Source: the human T2T-CHM13v2.0 reference genome, Homo sapiens
Strand: one strand, 5' to 3'
Assembly: GCF_009914755.1 (NCBI RefSeq)
Contig: NC_060929.1
Length of the DNA stretch: 64,000 nucleotides
Part shown: in pieces, positions 50,776-64,000 of the stretch
How positions within the stretch are numbered: the first letter of the stretch is position 1
How the letters are laid out: every line of letters starts with the position of its first letter
Position numbers and translations under genes: made by a program
Notes under the pieces: generated by a model
What the model saw: only the letters and a program-made list of their open reading frames with translations
Told to the model about the DNA's origin: nothing
Database searches by the model: none

Positions 50776-52764
50776 CCTGAAAACAGAAATCGGTAGACTT
50801 TTTCTCCACAAGTCCTGTCAGAGTCAGCAGCTTTCTGCAGTACCGAAGGCCACTTCCTCACGGTCCCCAAGCTCCTGAGGGAGGCAGAGGCTCCCACAAG
50901 TGACAGTGGGCACCCCCTCCCCAAAATGCAAAACAAAAGCAACTCCCACAGGCCCGCCGCCACCACCCCTTGCTTTCCCCGGAAATCGAAGGAAAATCTC
51001 TAGTGTCCCCAACGCCTCGTGGTGGCCCTGCTCCTCTCTCTTCCTGAGACAAGGGTGTGAGTTTTTAGGCCCCCTGCTGCTGTACACCTGGGAGGTCAGG
51101 ACCCCGTGCCAGGATCACAGGGACCCCCCGAGGGGAGTCCAAGCTGCAGGAGGGAAGGACAGTTTGAGGGTGGGAGAGAGGAGGAGGTGGGGGCAGCCCT
51201 GGGGGGCCAGGGTCACAGGGGTCCATGGCTGCAGGTGAATGGGGAGGGGGGGAGGTCAGAATCCCTTGGCCTCCCCTCAGGCCGGAGTCCCAGTCCTGGC
51301 CACCTGAGCTGCTGCCCGCAGGACAATCTCCCACACGGCGCCCACTCACGGTGCCCAGCCTGCCGACCAGGCTGCCCAGGACCGGGTCTCAGCCTCAACC
51401 CCTCGCTGGGCTTGGGCCACAGCTGTCTGCTCCCCCAGACCTTGACCCTCATGGTCAGCCAAGGCTGGCACACCCCAAGGCTGGTCCCCGGCCCCACACT
51501 GGGGAGGTGAATGTGCTGGAGCAGGGGGCCAAGCTTTAGCCCCCCAAGCGCCTGAGCAGCTCCAGCCCTGCCTCTGGGAACAGGCCCAGACCAGCTGGGG
51601 CTCCTCCGGCCTCCTGGGGTGCCAGCACCCCCACAAGCAGGCAGGGCTCCCATCATTCTCCAAATGAGCCACAGCCACCCAGCCCCACCCACCGCAGGGA
51701 GAGTTCTGCATGTGTGTGCAGGCGTGTGTGTGCACATGCGGCCATGTGCATGCACACATGCGCCATAGTTTGAAAGCAACTTTCTGCAGAAGGAATCACA
51801 GCCGGCACTGCACTTGGTGTGTCCGGGCCAGCGCCAAGGCTGTGCACATGGGGCCGGCCCTGCAGGGCTGACGGCCCCTGGACAGGCTCTTCCTACCTCC
51901 CGCCCAGCCCTTCTAGGAGCTTCACCCACAAGCACCATCTCCACACCGCTTTGCCCCGGGTCTGCTCCTGTGTATCCTGGAACACACATTGGGCGGCACA
52001 GAGGGCACCCAGGGACTCGTCCCAGATGTGTCCACACGCCCGAGCCTGCTGAGGAGCAGCTGCCAGGGCCCAGGAGCACGGGGCTGGGTCCCCTCCAAAC
52101 AAGGACACCTGAGGGGGAGGAGGAGCACTGGGGGGCACAGGGGCCCTGGCAGCCAAGGGGAGGAGCTGCCCTGCCCTTGCCCACGCAGGCTCTGGACCTG
52201 GCGGCCACACTGCGAACCCCACCTGCTTCTGCGTGGGCTAAATATAGCCGACCCAGTTTCCCTCTCCCGGTCCGAGTGCCCGGGACACGTCCCCTTGGCA
52301 GAGTGAGTTCTGGGCTCAGGACAAGGGCACTGTCTGTGCCAGAGGCTCTGGCCCCTGACCTCCCGGGCACAGCCCAGGTCACTGCTGCCTGCCCATGGCT
52401 GGTGACCCACCAGAGCGGCCCTGGTCACCAGGACCTGCCAGCAGCTGGCTGGGGCCATCTACACAGGCCCACACCGCATGGCCCGCTGCTGCAGGAGGCT
52501 GCAGGTTTCCAGCAGGGGATGGCAGGCTGGTCTGTCCTCCAGGCAGAGGCTGCAGGTTTCCAGCAGGGGACAGTGGGCTGGTCTGTTCTCCAGGCAGCGG
52601 CTGACATAAGCCCTGTGGATGATGTGGGAGCTCCAGCGAGCCTGTGGGAGCTGCCCCTTGCCAAAGAGCCCACAAGCAAGGCCTGTACTGCAGAGTCAGG
52701 CGCCAGTTGCTTCAGCCACAGTCCTGAGGGAGGTGCAGCCCTGAGAGTCAGCCCACAAAGGATC

Positions 52765-53430
52765 TGTGGCCGGGGGAGCAGTGAGGGGGGCACAGTGTGG
52801 CCGGGGGAGCAGTGAGGGGGGTACAGTATGGCTGGGGGTGCAGTGTGGCCAGGGGTGCAGCATGGGGGGTTCAGTGTGGTCAGGGGTGCAGCACGGGGGG
52901 TACAGTGTGGCCAGGGGTGCAGTGTGGCCAGGGGTGCAATGTGGCCAGGGGTGCAGTGTGGCTGAGAATGCAACATGGAGGGTACATTGTGGCCAGGGGT
53001 TCAGTGTAGCTGGGGGTGCAGTGTGGCTGGGGGTGCAGTGCAGGGGGTACAGTGTGGCCGGGGGTGCAGCCCAGGGGGTTCAGTGTGGCCAGGGGTGCAG
53101 CGTGGGAGGTACAGTGTGGCCGGGGGTGCAGTGTGGCTGGGGGTGCAGTGTGGGGGTGTGCAGTGTGGCCGGGGGTGCAGCGCAGAGGGTGCAGTGTGGC
53201 CAGGGGTGCAGTGGGGCCAGGGGTGCAGCACGGTGGGTGCAGTGTGGCTGGGGTGCAGTGTGGCCAGGGGTGCAGTGTGGCCGGGGGTACATTGTGGCCG
53301 GGGCTGCAGTGTGAGCAGGGGTGCAGTGTGGCCGGGGATGCCGTGTGGCCGGGGGTGCAGTGTGGCTGGGGGTGCGGTGTGGCCAGGGGTGCAGCATGGG
53401 GGGTACAGTGTGGCCGGGAGTGCAGTGCCA
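52765..53430. repeat. ~17-bp G-rich minisatellite (ggggtgcagtgtggcca)n in TPPP intron 2
   Basis: Dozens of degenerate copies with G4-G6 runs. Confidence 0.9.
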
Positions 53431-54549
53431 GAGGTGCAGGCTGTTGGACGGACCCTCGAGGGCTGAGCCCCAGCCCTTGTTGGGCCCCTGCTGGTCCCCT
53501 TGCTCTGGCAGGCTCCTTGTGCCTTCCTGGTCTCAAGGGGCCCCAGGGATGAGTGGTCCTGGGTTAGTGTGGGCTCCAACCGCTAAGGTGTTGGCAAATG
53601 ATGGCCCTTTCCGAGGCCGGGGAGCACAAGGTTGCATGACTACCTACACAGAGGGGCCAGCCACAGCCTCCTCTCACACCGGCCAGTGGCTGAGCCCATG
53701 AGGACACTGAGGCTGGGAAGCCACAGAGGAGGTTGGCGGGGCCACTGGGACTGGACAGGGTCAAGGATGAGACCAGCTCGCACCCGGGGCCCTGGATGGA
53801 GCCTCCCCTCCAGCTTCTCTGGGACTGAGGCTGGGAGCTGTCAGGAAGACGAACAGGACTCGCTGGCCCTGGTTGCCTCTGCCGTCCCCTAGAGCTGGGG
53901 GAGCCTGCAAGGCAGTCAGCTGGAGAGAGGGTCCGGGTTCAGGCATCCTTCTGAGCAGTTTCATGGCTTTTCTGGCATAACTTTCCAAACCCCAAATGCC
54001 CTCGGATGCACTCAGATGCGCCGTACACAACAGGAAGCTCAGCAGGACACGCAGTCTAGGAACATGCACGACCCAGGAGACACCCAAGACCCAGGGGATG
54101 TGTGACCCGGGAGACACATGTGACATCGCCACGGAGCACAGCAGAGACGGAACAGCTGCAAAGGTCACGGCGCCCACCCAGAGCTGGTAGATGGGGCGCT
54201 GGCGCCGCAGAGGTGGGCCCCACAGCCTTCCACACAGGGGCATCTGACCCACGGCCCGGCCCCTTGCAAAGCCAAGGCCGCAGAGGGGGAAGGTGCAGGA
54301 GCTCTGAGATGAAAGAGGTGATGAGTTTGCGGCAATGTAGGAATGAAATACATCGGCCACAGGAGGACGCAGGTGCAAACCACCGAAATAAAGCCATTGC
54401 CACACAGGCGGACAGGACGGGGCTCAGGGAGAACCGCTGCTTTTCTCGGGTGCGATCATGGTGGGGTGTCGGGACATGAGGTGAAATGTGCCGGGGCGTG
54501 TGAGGGTGCCTCAGTGTGCTTCCCAGCATTCATCCAGGAGAAAACAGAC

Positions 54550-54892
54550 AATGCGTGACACGGCAACAGACGTGTGCACACATGACACAGAAACGCACGT
54601 GCACATGCAGAAACACATGCACACATGCGCACACGTGCACACACGACGCAGAAACGCGCACACACGACGCAGAAACATGCACACACGACGCAGAAACGCG
54701 CACGCGCGCACACACGACGCAGAAACGCACGCGCGCACACGACGCAGAAACGCGCACACGTGCACACAGAAACGCACACACGACGCAGAAACGCGCACAC
54801 GTGCACACGCAGAAACGCGCACACGTGCACACACGACGCGGAAACGCACACACGTGCACACAGAAACGCGCACACGTGCACACGACGCAGAA
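54550..54892. repeat. CA/CG-alternating minisatellite (cacacgacgcagaaacgcg)n; UG-rich in TPPP sense
   Basis: Repeated gcagaaacgcgcacacgtgcacac motifs. Confidence 0.9.
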
Positions 54893-55550
54893 AAAGCAAA
54901 CGGCACGATGCGGTTTCAAGGTGGTGGCCGGAGCCGCCTCCTTGGTGCCCTTTGCCATTTTGCCGCCCGTGGGAATCCTGGGGCAGAAATACAGCAGCAC
55001 AAAGGCTTTGGGAGGGGCTGGGGGACACCCGAATGGCCAGCTCCATGCATGGGGACACAAGCATCCAACCTCTGAGACTCAGCCGCTGAGCCAGCCCACA
55101 GAGGGTCAGGAGCTCTGCCCGCCAGCAGCCACCTGCCCCTCCAGGCTCCAGGCAGCCACTGCCCCCACTCCTGGGGAAGCCCAGTGATCCCAGTCACAGC
55201 TCCCTGACTCCGGGGAGCAGCATTCACCCCGAGTCTGCTCTGAGGCCAGACATCCCCTCATAGGCCACCTCCCATGCCGAAACCCTACACACCCACGGGG
55301 CTGAGAGGAGCCAGGGCTGCCACTCAGGCCTCGGCACCGAGAAGTCCAGCAATGCCCGGACCCCTGCTCCCTGGGGGCCCAGATGGCACGTTCAGGCTCC
55401 CATATCAGGGCTGCTTCTGAGAAGGGCGGGGTCTTGAAGCACAACCCCCTCCACTCCCCATGGCCCGCTCCCCACAGAACCCACCCAGGGGCTCAGGGCC
55501 GCAGACCCCCGTAAGTCAGGTCCCTCGGCCCGTGAGCCCAGCGCACTCAC

Positions 55551-55861
55551 TTGATCTTGCTGAAGACGATGTCCACGTCAGTGACGGTCACGTTCCTGCC
55601 GTCGATCACCTGGCAGTCCTTGCACAGCTTCGACCAGTTCTTGCCGTGCATCTCCCTCCCGGTGGCCCTGGCGTCCCCGTGCACGGCAAAGCGCCGGAAG
55701 GCCTCCTCCAGGGCACTGAGCTCAGGGGATGCGGCTGCCCCCTCACCGGCACCCTCCGATTCCAGCGACAGCCTCTTGGCTGCCCGGTCCTTCGAGGGGT
55801 CCCCCGGGGACTTGGGGGGCGTCCTGTTGGCAGCTTTGGCAGGCTTGGCCTTGTCAGCCAT
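55551..55861 (-). CDS. TPPP: TPPP first coding exon, [37 protein letters not shown]...[14 protein letters not shown](K)
   Basis: Acceptor ttcctccatag|caacATGG (exon starts at 55865, strong Kozak), donor AA|gtgagt; 311+154+195 = 660 nt = 219 aa; the non-coding first exon is presumably beyond the window. Confidence 0.97.
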
Positions 55862-57164
55862 GTTGCTATGGAGGAAGGAGAGGAGAAAGGTGTCACCCGG
55901 GCCATGTCCCAGCTGAGCCGGGTGCAGCCCAGGAAACCCCGCCGTACCAATGAGCACCAGGACGTGGCGAGGGCTGAGATGGGCAGGCCCTCCTGGGGCT
56001 GGGCGTGAGGCCCCTCAGACCCTTGGAGCCAGCTGCCCCGCAGGCACGCATGTCCAGCCCCGGGCAGAGTGGAGCCAAGCGAGGCCTTGCCCACTGCCAT
56101 CATTGGGCCAAGGACCCCCTAAGCCAAATAAAGCCAGCAGCACGCAGAGCCCAGGGTGGGAGCTGAGCTGGGTGCCAGGGGCTCCAGGCCTAGGAGGCTC
56201 AGTGTGTGACTGGCAGCATCAGAGCCTATTCCGGGTCCCCTCCCCGCCGCAGTTCCACTGTCCCTCCTGTGGACGCCCGCTCTGCAGCTCTGGAGGACAC
56301 CTCGGGATCACACACTCCCCAGGGTCTGTGACGTGCTGCCTTCCTCTGGGAGGGTCCACAGCAGTCGTGCGACAGCCGCTCCCTCCCCACTGCAGAGCCT
56401 CTGACCTTAGATGGAGCTTTAGGCTGGGGAGGGTGCGTGGTGGCCCTGGGGGCGCCTCAGGATGCTCTTCCCAGGAGCCCTGGGCCTGGCCCCGGCCAGG
56501 GGAGGGGACTGCCAGTGTGCAGGGCTGAGGCAGTGGTGGGGGCACCGGTGTCAGGGCGCAGGGACGCCCTCTGGACTTTGCAAGGCGCCCGCCCCCAGAG
56601 TAGGCGGCTGGCCCATGGGGTTGAGAAGACTGAGGCGTGCCACCCAGGCAGGGCTTGGGGACGCAGGGCTACGCCACAGGGCAGGGCTGCCGAGGCCACC
56701 TCCCTACCATGCATGGGCTTCGGTAAGACCCAGTCAGGCCCTGAAGGACTCAAGGCTGAGGTGCTGGACTCAGGGCATGAAAGCTGCTTCCCAAAGGGGC
56801 CTGGACACCAGGTGGGCCGTCAGCACTGCACTGAGAGCTGAACATGGCCTCTGCCCACAGACACAAGAGCCGGTGGGAGGTTCCGTGCCGAGGACACAGG
56901 TAGGTGTCCCAACCCTGGGACTCACGAAGCCCTCTCAGATCTGGAGTTCTCAGCGCCAGTCATGGCCAAAGTGTGGCTCTGTAATCGTGGGGTCCTGAGT
57001 GTGGCCGCTGCTGACCCTGAGATCCCACAAATTCCCCCAAAACAGCCAGAAAAAAATCCAGGGGCACTCCCTCCACTGAGGACCTTAAGGGCCTCAGGCC
57101 CCACCCACTCACCCCTTTCCCTGGAAGGCACCAAAAATGCAGATGCCAACCCAGCGGAGGATGC

Positions 57165-57260
57165 AGGGGCAGGATCCTGGTGGGGGCTGGGCCGCGTGGG
57201 GGCAGGATCCTGGGGGTGGAAGGGCCGCCTGGGGGCAGGATCCTGGGGGTGGAAGGGCCA
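57165..57260. repeat. ~31-bp G-rich tandem repeat, 3 copies
   Basis: ggggcaggatcctgg(g/t)gg recurs three times. Confidence 0.8.
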
Positions 57261-60039
57261 GGTCAGGTGTCGAGCTGGGAACAGTTTCCAGTTTTATCGC
57301 TGACACCATTTCTTTGTCTGAAACAGGAGCTTCTCACAGGCCTGGTCTGTGTTTCCCCTGGGCCTCTGCAGCAGGGGTCGCTGGACAGGAGGAGCAGCTG
57401 AGAAATTACCAGAAGCAATGGTGGGTTTTGTGAGCACCCAGAACAGTGGTGGGTGTGCGGGTCAGAGAGAAAGAACCTTCTGGGATGCTTCAAACTCAGG
57501 GCTGCGTTCTGTGGTCTCATCTCCTGTGGGGACGCGCCTGAACAGAGACCCTTATTCACACACCTCAGAGAGTCATCTGAGAACCTGCACCCCGTGGGGC
57601 CCGCCTGGGAGCAAAGGGATGAGGGAAGCCCCTCAGAGCCACCTTCAGGGCTCACGCAGGATGTCCCAGCTCATTAGCATGTGCTTTGCATGAGTTTTTG
57701 ATAAGCTTGGAGGTTGGCTTTGGAGGGCTGAGCGGGACATAAAGCGTCCTGCCCTCGTGAGGCCTTCAGTTGGGACAAGTGATAAATAAGCAATGAAACA
57801 TCAGGCAGTGAGGAGTGAAGAGGAGAAACTGAGGCAGGTCAGAGGGAGGCCAGCAGGCGATTTCAGACCTGGCAGAAGAGAATGTGCGTGAGCAGAGATG
57901 CGGACAGGTGGGAGTCACGACGCGTGAGAACGGTCCGGCCCGCGGCCCCTGCGCCCCTGCTGGGCAGGCACCAACTGTGCTAGGCTCAGCCCCTCTCAGC
58001 ACAGCAAGCAGCATGAGATGGCACGCATGAGAGCACGGTGGGGGCCGTGGGGGAGAGGGCAGAAAGGAACAGGGGTCAGGCCATCGCCGGATCTACTGAA
58101 GACAGACACTGCCTTCAAACGTTCTGAGGAAAAATGCTTCGGGCTGGGACTTGGATACCCACGTCCACTGTCCCACTCAGGCTGAGGGGAGCAAGGCCAC
58201 CTGCAGTGGGTGTGACCTCAGAGACGTGGCCACACCCCCTGCGGAGGTGCTTGGTGACTGGGCTTCCCAGGAAGACGAGGGTGACAGCCGTCAACAGCCG
58301 AGAAGAAGCAGTAGATGCAGGAACCCATGGCCGTCACACGGGAGTGAGTCCACGGGCGCTTAGGAGGGCTGAGAACCAGGCCCAGGCAGTTCCGGAGGGA
58401 AAAGTGGAACCCGTCCCAACTCAGCCCCAGCCTTTCTGCACCAAGGGGTGGAGCAGTGCCGACCTCAGACGCCAGCTGCCAGAAATGCTTCCAAAGCCCG
58501 CCTCTGCGTGGGGTGTGTGCTGAGGGGTCTCACGTGGGGACTCGCCTCAGAGCCCATCTGAGCTTCACTGTTCTAGGTTCTTGTAGTTTTGTTTTACCTC
58601 AAACATGCATTAGCTTAACAAAATATTTTTTAAAAGGTTTTTAAACTAAAAATGACAATGAATTAGGCACGACGTGCCGCTGTGGGAAGACAGCCAGGCT
58701 GCTGCTGGGTCTGGAGGAGCAGGACACGGGCCACAGACACGGAGCAGGAGTGGAGGAGATGGGAGCCACACTGTCTGGATCGCTTCATTAGACCCACGTG
58801 CTGTTTCCACAATGACGGTAATAAGAATACATTTAATTTTGAGAGAACATGGAGGTGTCAGACGGACAACGAGCCTGGGTGGGCGCCTCTCCCTTGGCGC
58901 TCTCCACCGAGCATGGCATGCTGCTGTGCCAGCTGCTTCTCCTTGGATGGGCAGAGGCCAGGTGTCCTCCACTTTCCCAGTTTTTGGGCACAGCACACCT
59001 GAGCCCTGGGTGCAGACCCTCACACCATTTCCCCCAGAGGCTCTGCTCTTTCACCATGAGGGAAAAGAAGGTTGTGTAGCAGAAGAGACTCCAGGAAGAC
59101 AAACTGCTCACCTGGGGTCAAAGGACAAGCTCCCAGGCGTGTACCCACCATCTCCACGCGTGTGCCCTGAGCCCCCAGGGGGTCACCCTGCACTCCCAGG
59201 CCTGTGCCCACCATCCCACATGTGCCCAGCACTCCCAGGCCTGTGCCCGCCATCCCAGTTGTGCCTGTACTCCCAGGCCTGTGTCTTGCATCCAGATGTG
59301 CACCTGTACCCTCTCCCACTGGCCGGCACCTCCCTGGTAGGAGGGACGTGCCAAGCCCTGACCTGACCCAGGTGCCTGCTCACAGCACATGCCCCTTCCC
59401 TGGCCAGACCCTATGGGACCACAAGTGGGGCCTGGCCAGGACCTGCTTGGAGGCTGAGCCCACCCCACTCCCACCCACCCCCAGCGCCTCCCCAGGGAGT
59501 CAGGAGGATGGCACCTACGGGCTCACCCACGGGTGTGGGCAAGACTGTGTTGTCCAACTGGCATCTTCAAAAAAGGCTTGGAAAGGACAGAAGATGAGGG
59601 CAGAGGTGGCACCACAGACCTCAGAGTGGGGCAGGCAAAGGCAGACCCCAGAGGGTGGCTGTCCTAGGGAACGAAGCCTCCTCGCAGGCCAGGGAATGCC
59701 TGTCCCAGGTGTGTCACCAGCTCCAAGGACTCGGCCACCTAGGCGGGGCTTCGTCCCAGACACCGCAGGCCACCTTGGCCCCAACCCCACAGGCTGTCCC
59801 TGTTCCCAAGAGGCCCCACGGAAACTCACCTGGGCCCCATTTGTCAGAATGAATCTCCTGGGAAATGCCTTCAGACTGGACACTGGACTGCCCAAAGCCA
59901 AACTTACAGAAAACCTGCCAGAACAGAATTGACAGGGCTGGGGAAACAGCAGCCCCAGCGTCTGATCACGGAGCTGTCCAGGGGCTGGAAACCCGGGTGT
60001 CCATGTGGCATCAGTAAGCGGGGCCAGGCACTAGGACTG

Positions 60040-60790
60040 ACCGGGCTCTGTCACTAGGAACAGGGGTCTCGCACTTGGGCCAGGGGGTTCTCACTAGGAC
60101 CAGGGGCCTGTCAGTCACTAGGGCCGGGGCCTGTCCCTTGGGCCTGGAGCCTGTTACTAGGGCCTGGGGTCTGCCCCTTGGGCCTGGAGCCTGTTACTAG
60201 GACCTGGGGTCTGTCACTACAGCCAGGGGTCTGCCCCTTGAGCCTGGAGCCTGTAACTACGGCCTGGGGTCTGCCCCTTGGGCCTGGAGCCTGTTACTAG
60301 GACCTGGGGTCTGTCACTACAGCCAGGGGTCTGCCCCTTGAGCCTGGAGCCTGTAACTACGGCCTGGGGTCTGCCCCTTGGGCCTGGAGCCTGTTACTAG
60401 GACCTGGGGTCTGTCACTACAGCCAGGGGTCTGCCCTTGAGCCTGGAGCCTGTAACTAGGGCCTGGGGTCTGCCCCTTGGGCCTGGAGCCTGTTACTAGG
60501 ACCTGGGGTCTGTCACTAGGGCCAGGGGTCTGCCCCTTGGGCCTGGAGCCTGTTACTAGGGCCTGGGGTCTGTCACTATGGCCAGGGGCCTGTCAGTCAC
60601 TAGGGCCAGGACCTGTCCCTTGGGCCTGGAGCCTATTACTAGGACCTGGGGTCTGTCACTAGGGCCAGGGGTCTGCCCCTTGGGCCTGGAGCCTGTTACT
60701 AGGACCTGGGGTCTGTCACTAGCGCCAGGTGTCTGCCCCTTGGGCCTGGAGCCTGTAACTAGGGCCTGGGGTCTCTCTCACTAGGGCCAG
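60040..60790. repeat. Minisatellite built from ~20-bp subunits (ctagggcctggggtctgtca / cttgggcctggagcctgtta) in TPPP intron 1
   Basis: Alternating subunits form 40/60/100-bp higher-order repeats. Confidence 0.92.
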
Positions 60791-63114
60791 CTGCTGTTTT
60801 AAAGGTAGCAGCAGCCTCGGTGCTCCCTTGTTCACTACCCACGCCCACGCGGGGGTGGCGCCGACAGAGCCTACACGACTGCTCTCCACGTGGATGGCTG
60901 TGGGGTGGCTGAGCCTTGCTGGCAGAGGAGGCTGGTGGACAGGCTGTGCTCACATCATCAGCAGTGCTGGGTCAAAGCTGGAGGCAGGAGCCATGGAGTC
61001 AGTGGGAGCTACCACCCCTCAGCTCATCACCCCTCCCTGGGGCCTGAGACCTCAGAGCCAGCCCTCGGCCCTGCTCAGGCTCTGGCCTCCCTGAGAACCT
61101 CTGTCCTGGTCACAAGTGTCCTGCAGGCCCCCTGGGTTGTGCTGGGCTGGACCAGGCCAGGGTGTGACCTCTGACAGCTCCACCTGCCCTAGAGAAGCCA
61201 CCAGCAGCTTCTCCAGCTGCACCCGCTGACCCCCAGAGCTCGCTCGCAGGCAAGTGCCCATGGTAGGACAGCTGCTTGTGCCTCAGTCTCCTCATCCTTG
61301 AAGGGGTGCAGCCCCCTCCCCATCTCCCTCGCACCCAATGGCCTCATGCAGGCACAGCCCGAGGGAGAACCTGTCTCTGCGGAGAAAGACACTCTGTGAT
61401 GGCAGCCGACTGGATTCCACCAGAACCCGAAGGCAAGCATTCCTTGGGAAGTGACCAGGCTGGGAGCATCAGGCACGCACACCACACACTCAACCCAAAC
61501 CTTCTGTTAACTCAGGTTCCCAGGAGCCCCGCGTGCTTCTGCCTGGCAGGAGCCGATGCTCGTGCCCTGGAGAACTCCCTGTTCAGGGATGACAATGGGT
61601 TCCCTGGTGATTTGGAGGCCTGGGGCCTGGGTGGGAGCTGCTCCCTCTACCCCTGGAGACACTGCCCAGGAGTCCAACGTGCTGTGACTGCAGGATGCCC
61701 CTGGCAGGGGCCATGCTGGCTCAGACGCCTCTCACCAACCCCTTCCTTCCATGCCCTCGGGGCACTGGCATCCAGGGAGCTGTGAAGGGCACGCTGTGTT
61801 GCAAGCTGATTGGGAAACAGGTTGGAGGGGTGGGGGCCGAGGTGCTCAGCAGTATTCAGGCATCTCTCAGCTGGTGACAGGAGCTGTCCCAGGCCCTGCA
61901 GGTGGGAGTGCATGCTGGGCAACCTTGGCGGTCCCTGGTCTTCTCTCCATGGGCGGATTCCCATGCGGATACCCCGGCCTCCACAGGCTCAGCTGGGTGT
62001 GCTGCCGCTGGGCTCTTCAGAACCTTTACGCCCAAGTCCTGTCCAGGGGGAGCACCCTCCACCTCGGGCCGGCTGCCATCACAGCCTTCAATCCTGCCCA
62101 GAGTCCCTGGAGACTGTTGTCATTAAACCCCACTCCTGTTTAGGAAACCCCAGGGCCAGACCCCACTGCCGGAACGGGACCCTCTCGTGCCTGCAGATGG
62201 CAAAGCTCCTGAGGGCCTGATGGACCCTCCAATGTCCCACGGCCACAGTTTCCACCTTGACGCCGAAGCCCTGGGATGGCCCCTCTGCAACGCCCAGTGC
62301 TCCATCATGACCTGGCCCCAGGACGCTGACTGAGGGAGCGGAGGGGATCGGGACCAGGGGGAAGCAGCCCCCCAGTAAATCCGAAGCACAGGCACGGCAC
62401 AGCCCCAAGGGAGACCTTGTAGGCGCCTGGCCAGCAGGGCTGAGGAGAAAGTCTCCACTGCAGGGCGCCTCCTGGGCCCACGCCGTGTGGTCCTGGCCCC
62501 AAGCTGCCCACTGGGCATTCAGCCTGGACAGCTCTCGGTGCTGGAGACCCAGAGGACAAGGGGACAGCAACATCAAAGACCACAGCGACCCGAAGCCCCA
62601 GAAGCAAAAGCCACCCTCACAGGGGAAGGAGTGGACAGAGCCCCTGTGGAGCTCACCCAGCCCTCCTGTCCCACCAAGGGGCCTTCTAGGACCTGGGAGC
62701 CCTGCCCTCCTGCCGAGGAGGTGCTTCCCCATTAAACAGGGCCAAGGAACAAGGCGGCTCAGGTCCTGCCATGCCCAGGGTGGACACCGTGCCACCCCGC
62801 CAGCCCCCACTCCTTATTTCAGTGCCCATTTGAGCGCAGACGTTCCTGTTTTTCATTATCATCGCACGGCACTCCTGCTCCGCGGGACTCTCCCTGTGAA
62901 CCGCCCCACTCTTCTCAGCCCAGGCCGCCTGTCAGGCAGTCAGAGCTCCCAATCAGAACAAAGCCGGCAGTTTTGAGTCTGTGCACATCCCCCTGCAGCA
63001 CAGGAGGCAGGATGATCAGCCGCTCCAGCCCAGCATCCCCACGGCACACTCGGGAGCACACCCCACCCAGAGGCCAGACAGGTGCACACGGCCAGGGCCG
63101 CCCCAGGACACACG

Positions 63115-63290
63115 TCCAGAGAGGTCACAGTCCTGAAAGGTCACGGTCCTGAGAGGTCACCATCCTGAGAGGTGCCCGGTCCGGAGAGGTCACTGGTCCT
63201 GAGAGGTCACTGTCCTGAGGGGTCACTGGTCCAGAGGTCATCACTCTTGAGAGTCACTGGTTGATCCTGAGAGGTCACTGGTCCAGAGGG
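63115..63290. repeat. ~17-19-bp degenerate repeat (tcctgagaggtcac)n
   Basis: About 9 copies of gaggtcac-containing units. Confidence 0.8.
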
Positions 63291-64000
63291 ATCGCTAGGA
63301 TGGGGTCTCCAGGCCTGGGCTGAGGCTCTGCCCCATAGAAGACCTGAGGTCGGGCTCCTGCTCTCCAGGGACCCTGAAGGCCAGAGCCAAGCCCAGGCTG
63401 AGTGCAGTCCCCAAGGAAGTAGGAGGAGGAGGGCAGGGTGGAGTCCTGTGGCAGCGTCCCCAGCACACCACACTTCTATCCTGGTCGTCTCACATGGCGT
63501 CCTCCGGCCATCCTGCACTGGGCCACTTGGGACCCCTGCCACTCACCACAACCGCATGGCCTCAGACCTGGGCAGGACAGGGCAGGCTTTGCACACTCCT
63601 AAGGCTCATGGGGTGGGAGGGGCCCTGCACAAGGAGCCTTCCGGTAAGGGGGGCAGGGGAGCAGGGGCTGCATGGCCCTGGCCACCTCCACTCACCCTCC
63701 CTCCGCCCTCAGAAGAAGAGAGATGGCTGCAGAGGAGCTTCTCGGGTCAACAGGGTGCACCCAGCCCCTGGTGCCCTCTGCCTCTGGGAACCACATCTTG
63801 GCCCCCATCTGCAGAGTGTGGTCCTTGCAGCGCCCAGCGTGGCCACTCTGGGGACGGCCACCAGAGCCCATCTGCACTCAGGTGTAGGGATGAGAAGGCG
63901 GGGCAGTCTCAGAGAAAACCCTCCCAGGCCACACGGCAGATCCCCTCTGAGTGGGAGACTCAGGATTAAGGATGACAGGGAGACGCAGGTGGGAGGATGG

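Noticed and set aside
52490-52600. ~51-bp direct duplication
   Set aside because: Only two copies and no evident functional motif.
51213-53579. Several 180-390 aa GC-rich ORFs in TPPP intron 2
   Set aside because: Open on both strands because of high GC and the G-rich repeat; no recognisable domain or exon structure.
55862-55957. N-terminal extension of TPPP (MLIGTAG...) in the ORF track
   Set aside because: It runs through a polypyrimidine tract and the AG acceptor at 55866-55867; intronic, non-ATG start.

Overview
Human-like, GC-rich, repeat-dense genomic DNA recognisable as the chr5p15.33 CEP72/TPPP locus. The + strand carries the last nine coding exons of CEP72 (2521-31254; exons 4-12 by recalled numbering). 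All have AG/GT boundaries with consistent phases and give 1541 coding nt, followed by a polyA signal at 31630. The - strand carries the full 660-nt TPPP (p25-alpha) CDS in three exons (55861-43262) and a ~5.3 kb 3'UTR that probably ends near 37950, so the genes are convergent. There are about 17 minisatellites or simple-repeat tracts plus Alu, L1, MaLR, MER6 and MIR remnants; the very long ORFs in the track are VNTR artefacts. Best leads: (1) a 124-nt poison exon (27014-27137) in CEP72 intron 11 whose donor lies inside a 2.45-kb UG-rich VNTR and is duplicated 540 nt downstream; (2) a compact RFX X-box plus FOXJ1 motif cluster in TPPP intron 2; (3) VNTR units that supply arrays of splice sites; (4) VNTRs that arose inside transposon remnants; (5) adjacent miR-1/206 and QKI sites plus two VNTRs in the TPPP 3'UTR. 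Gene identities and repeat subfamilies come from recall and were not checked against databases.
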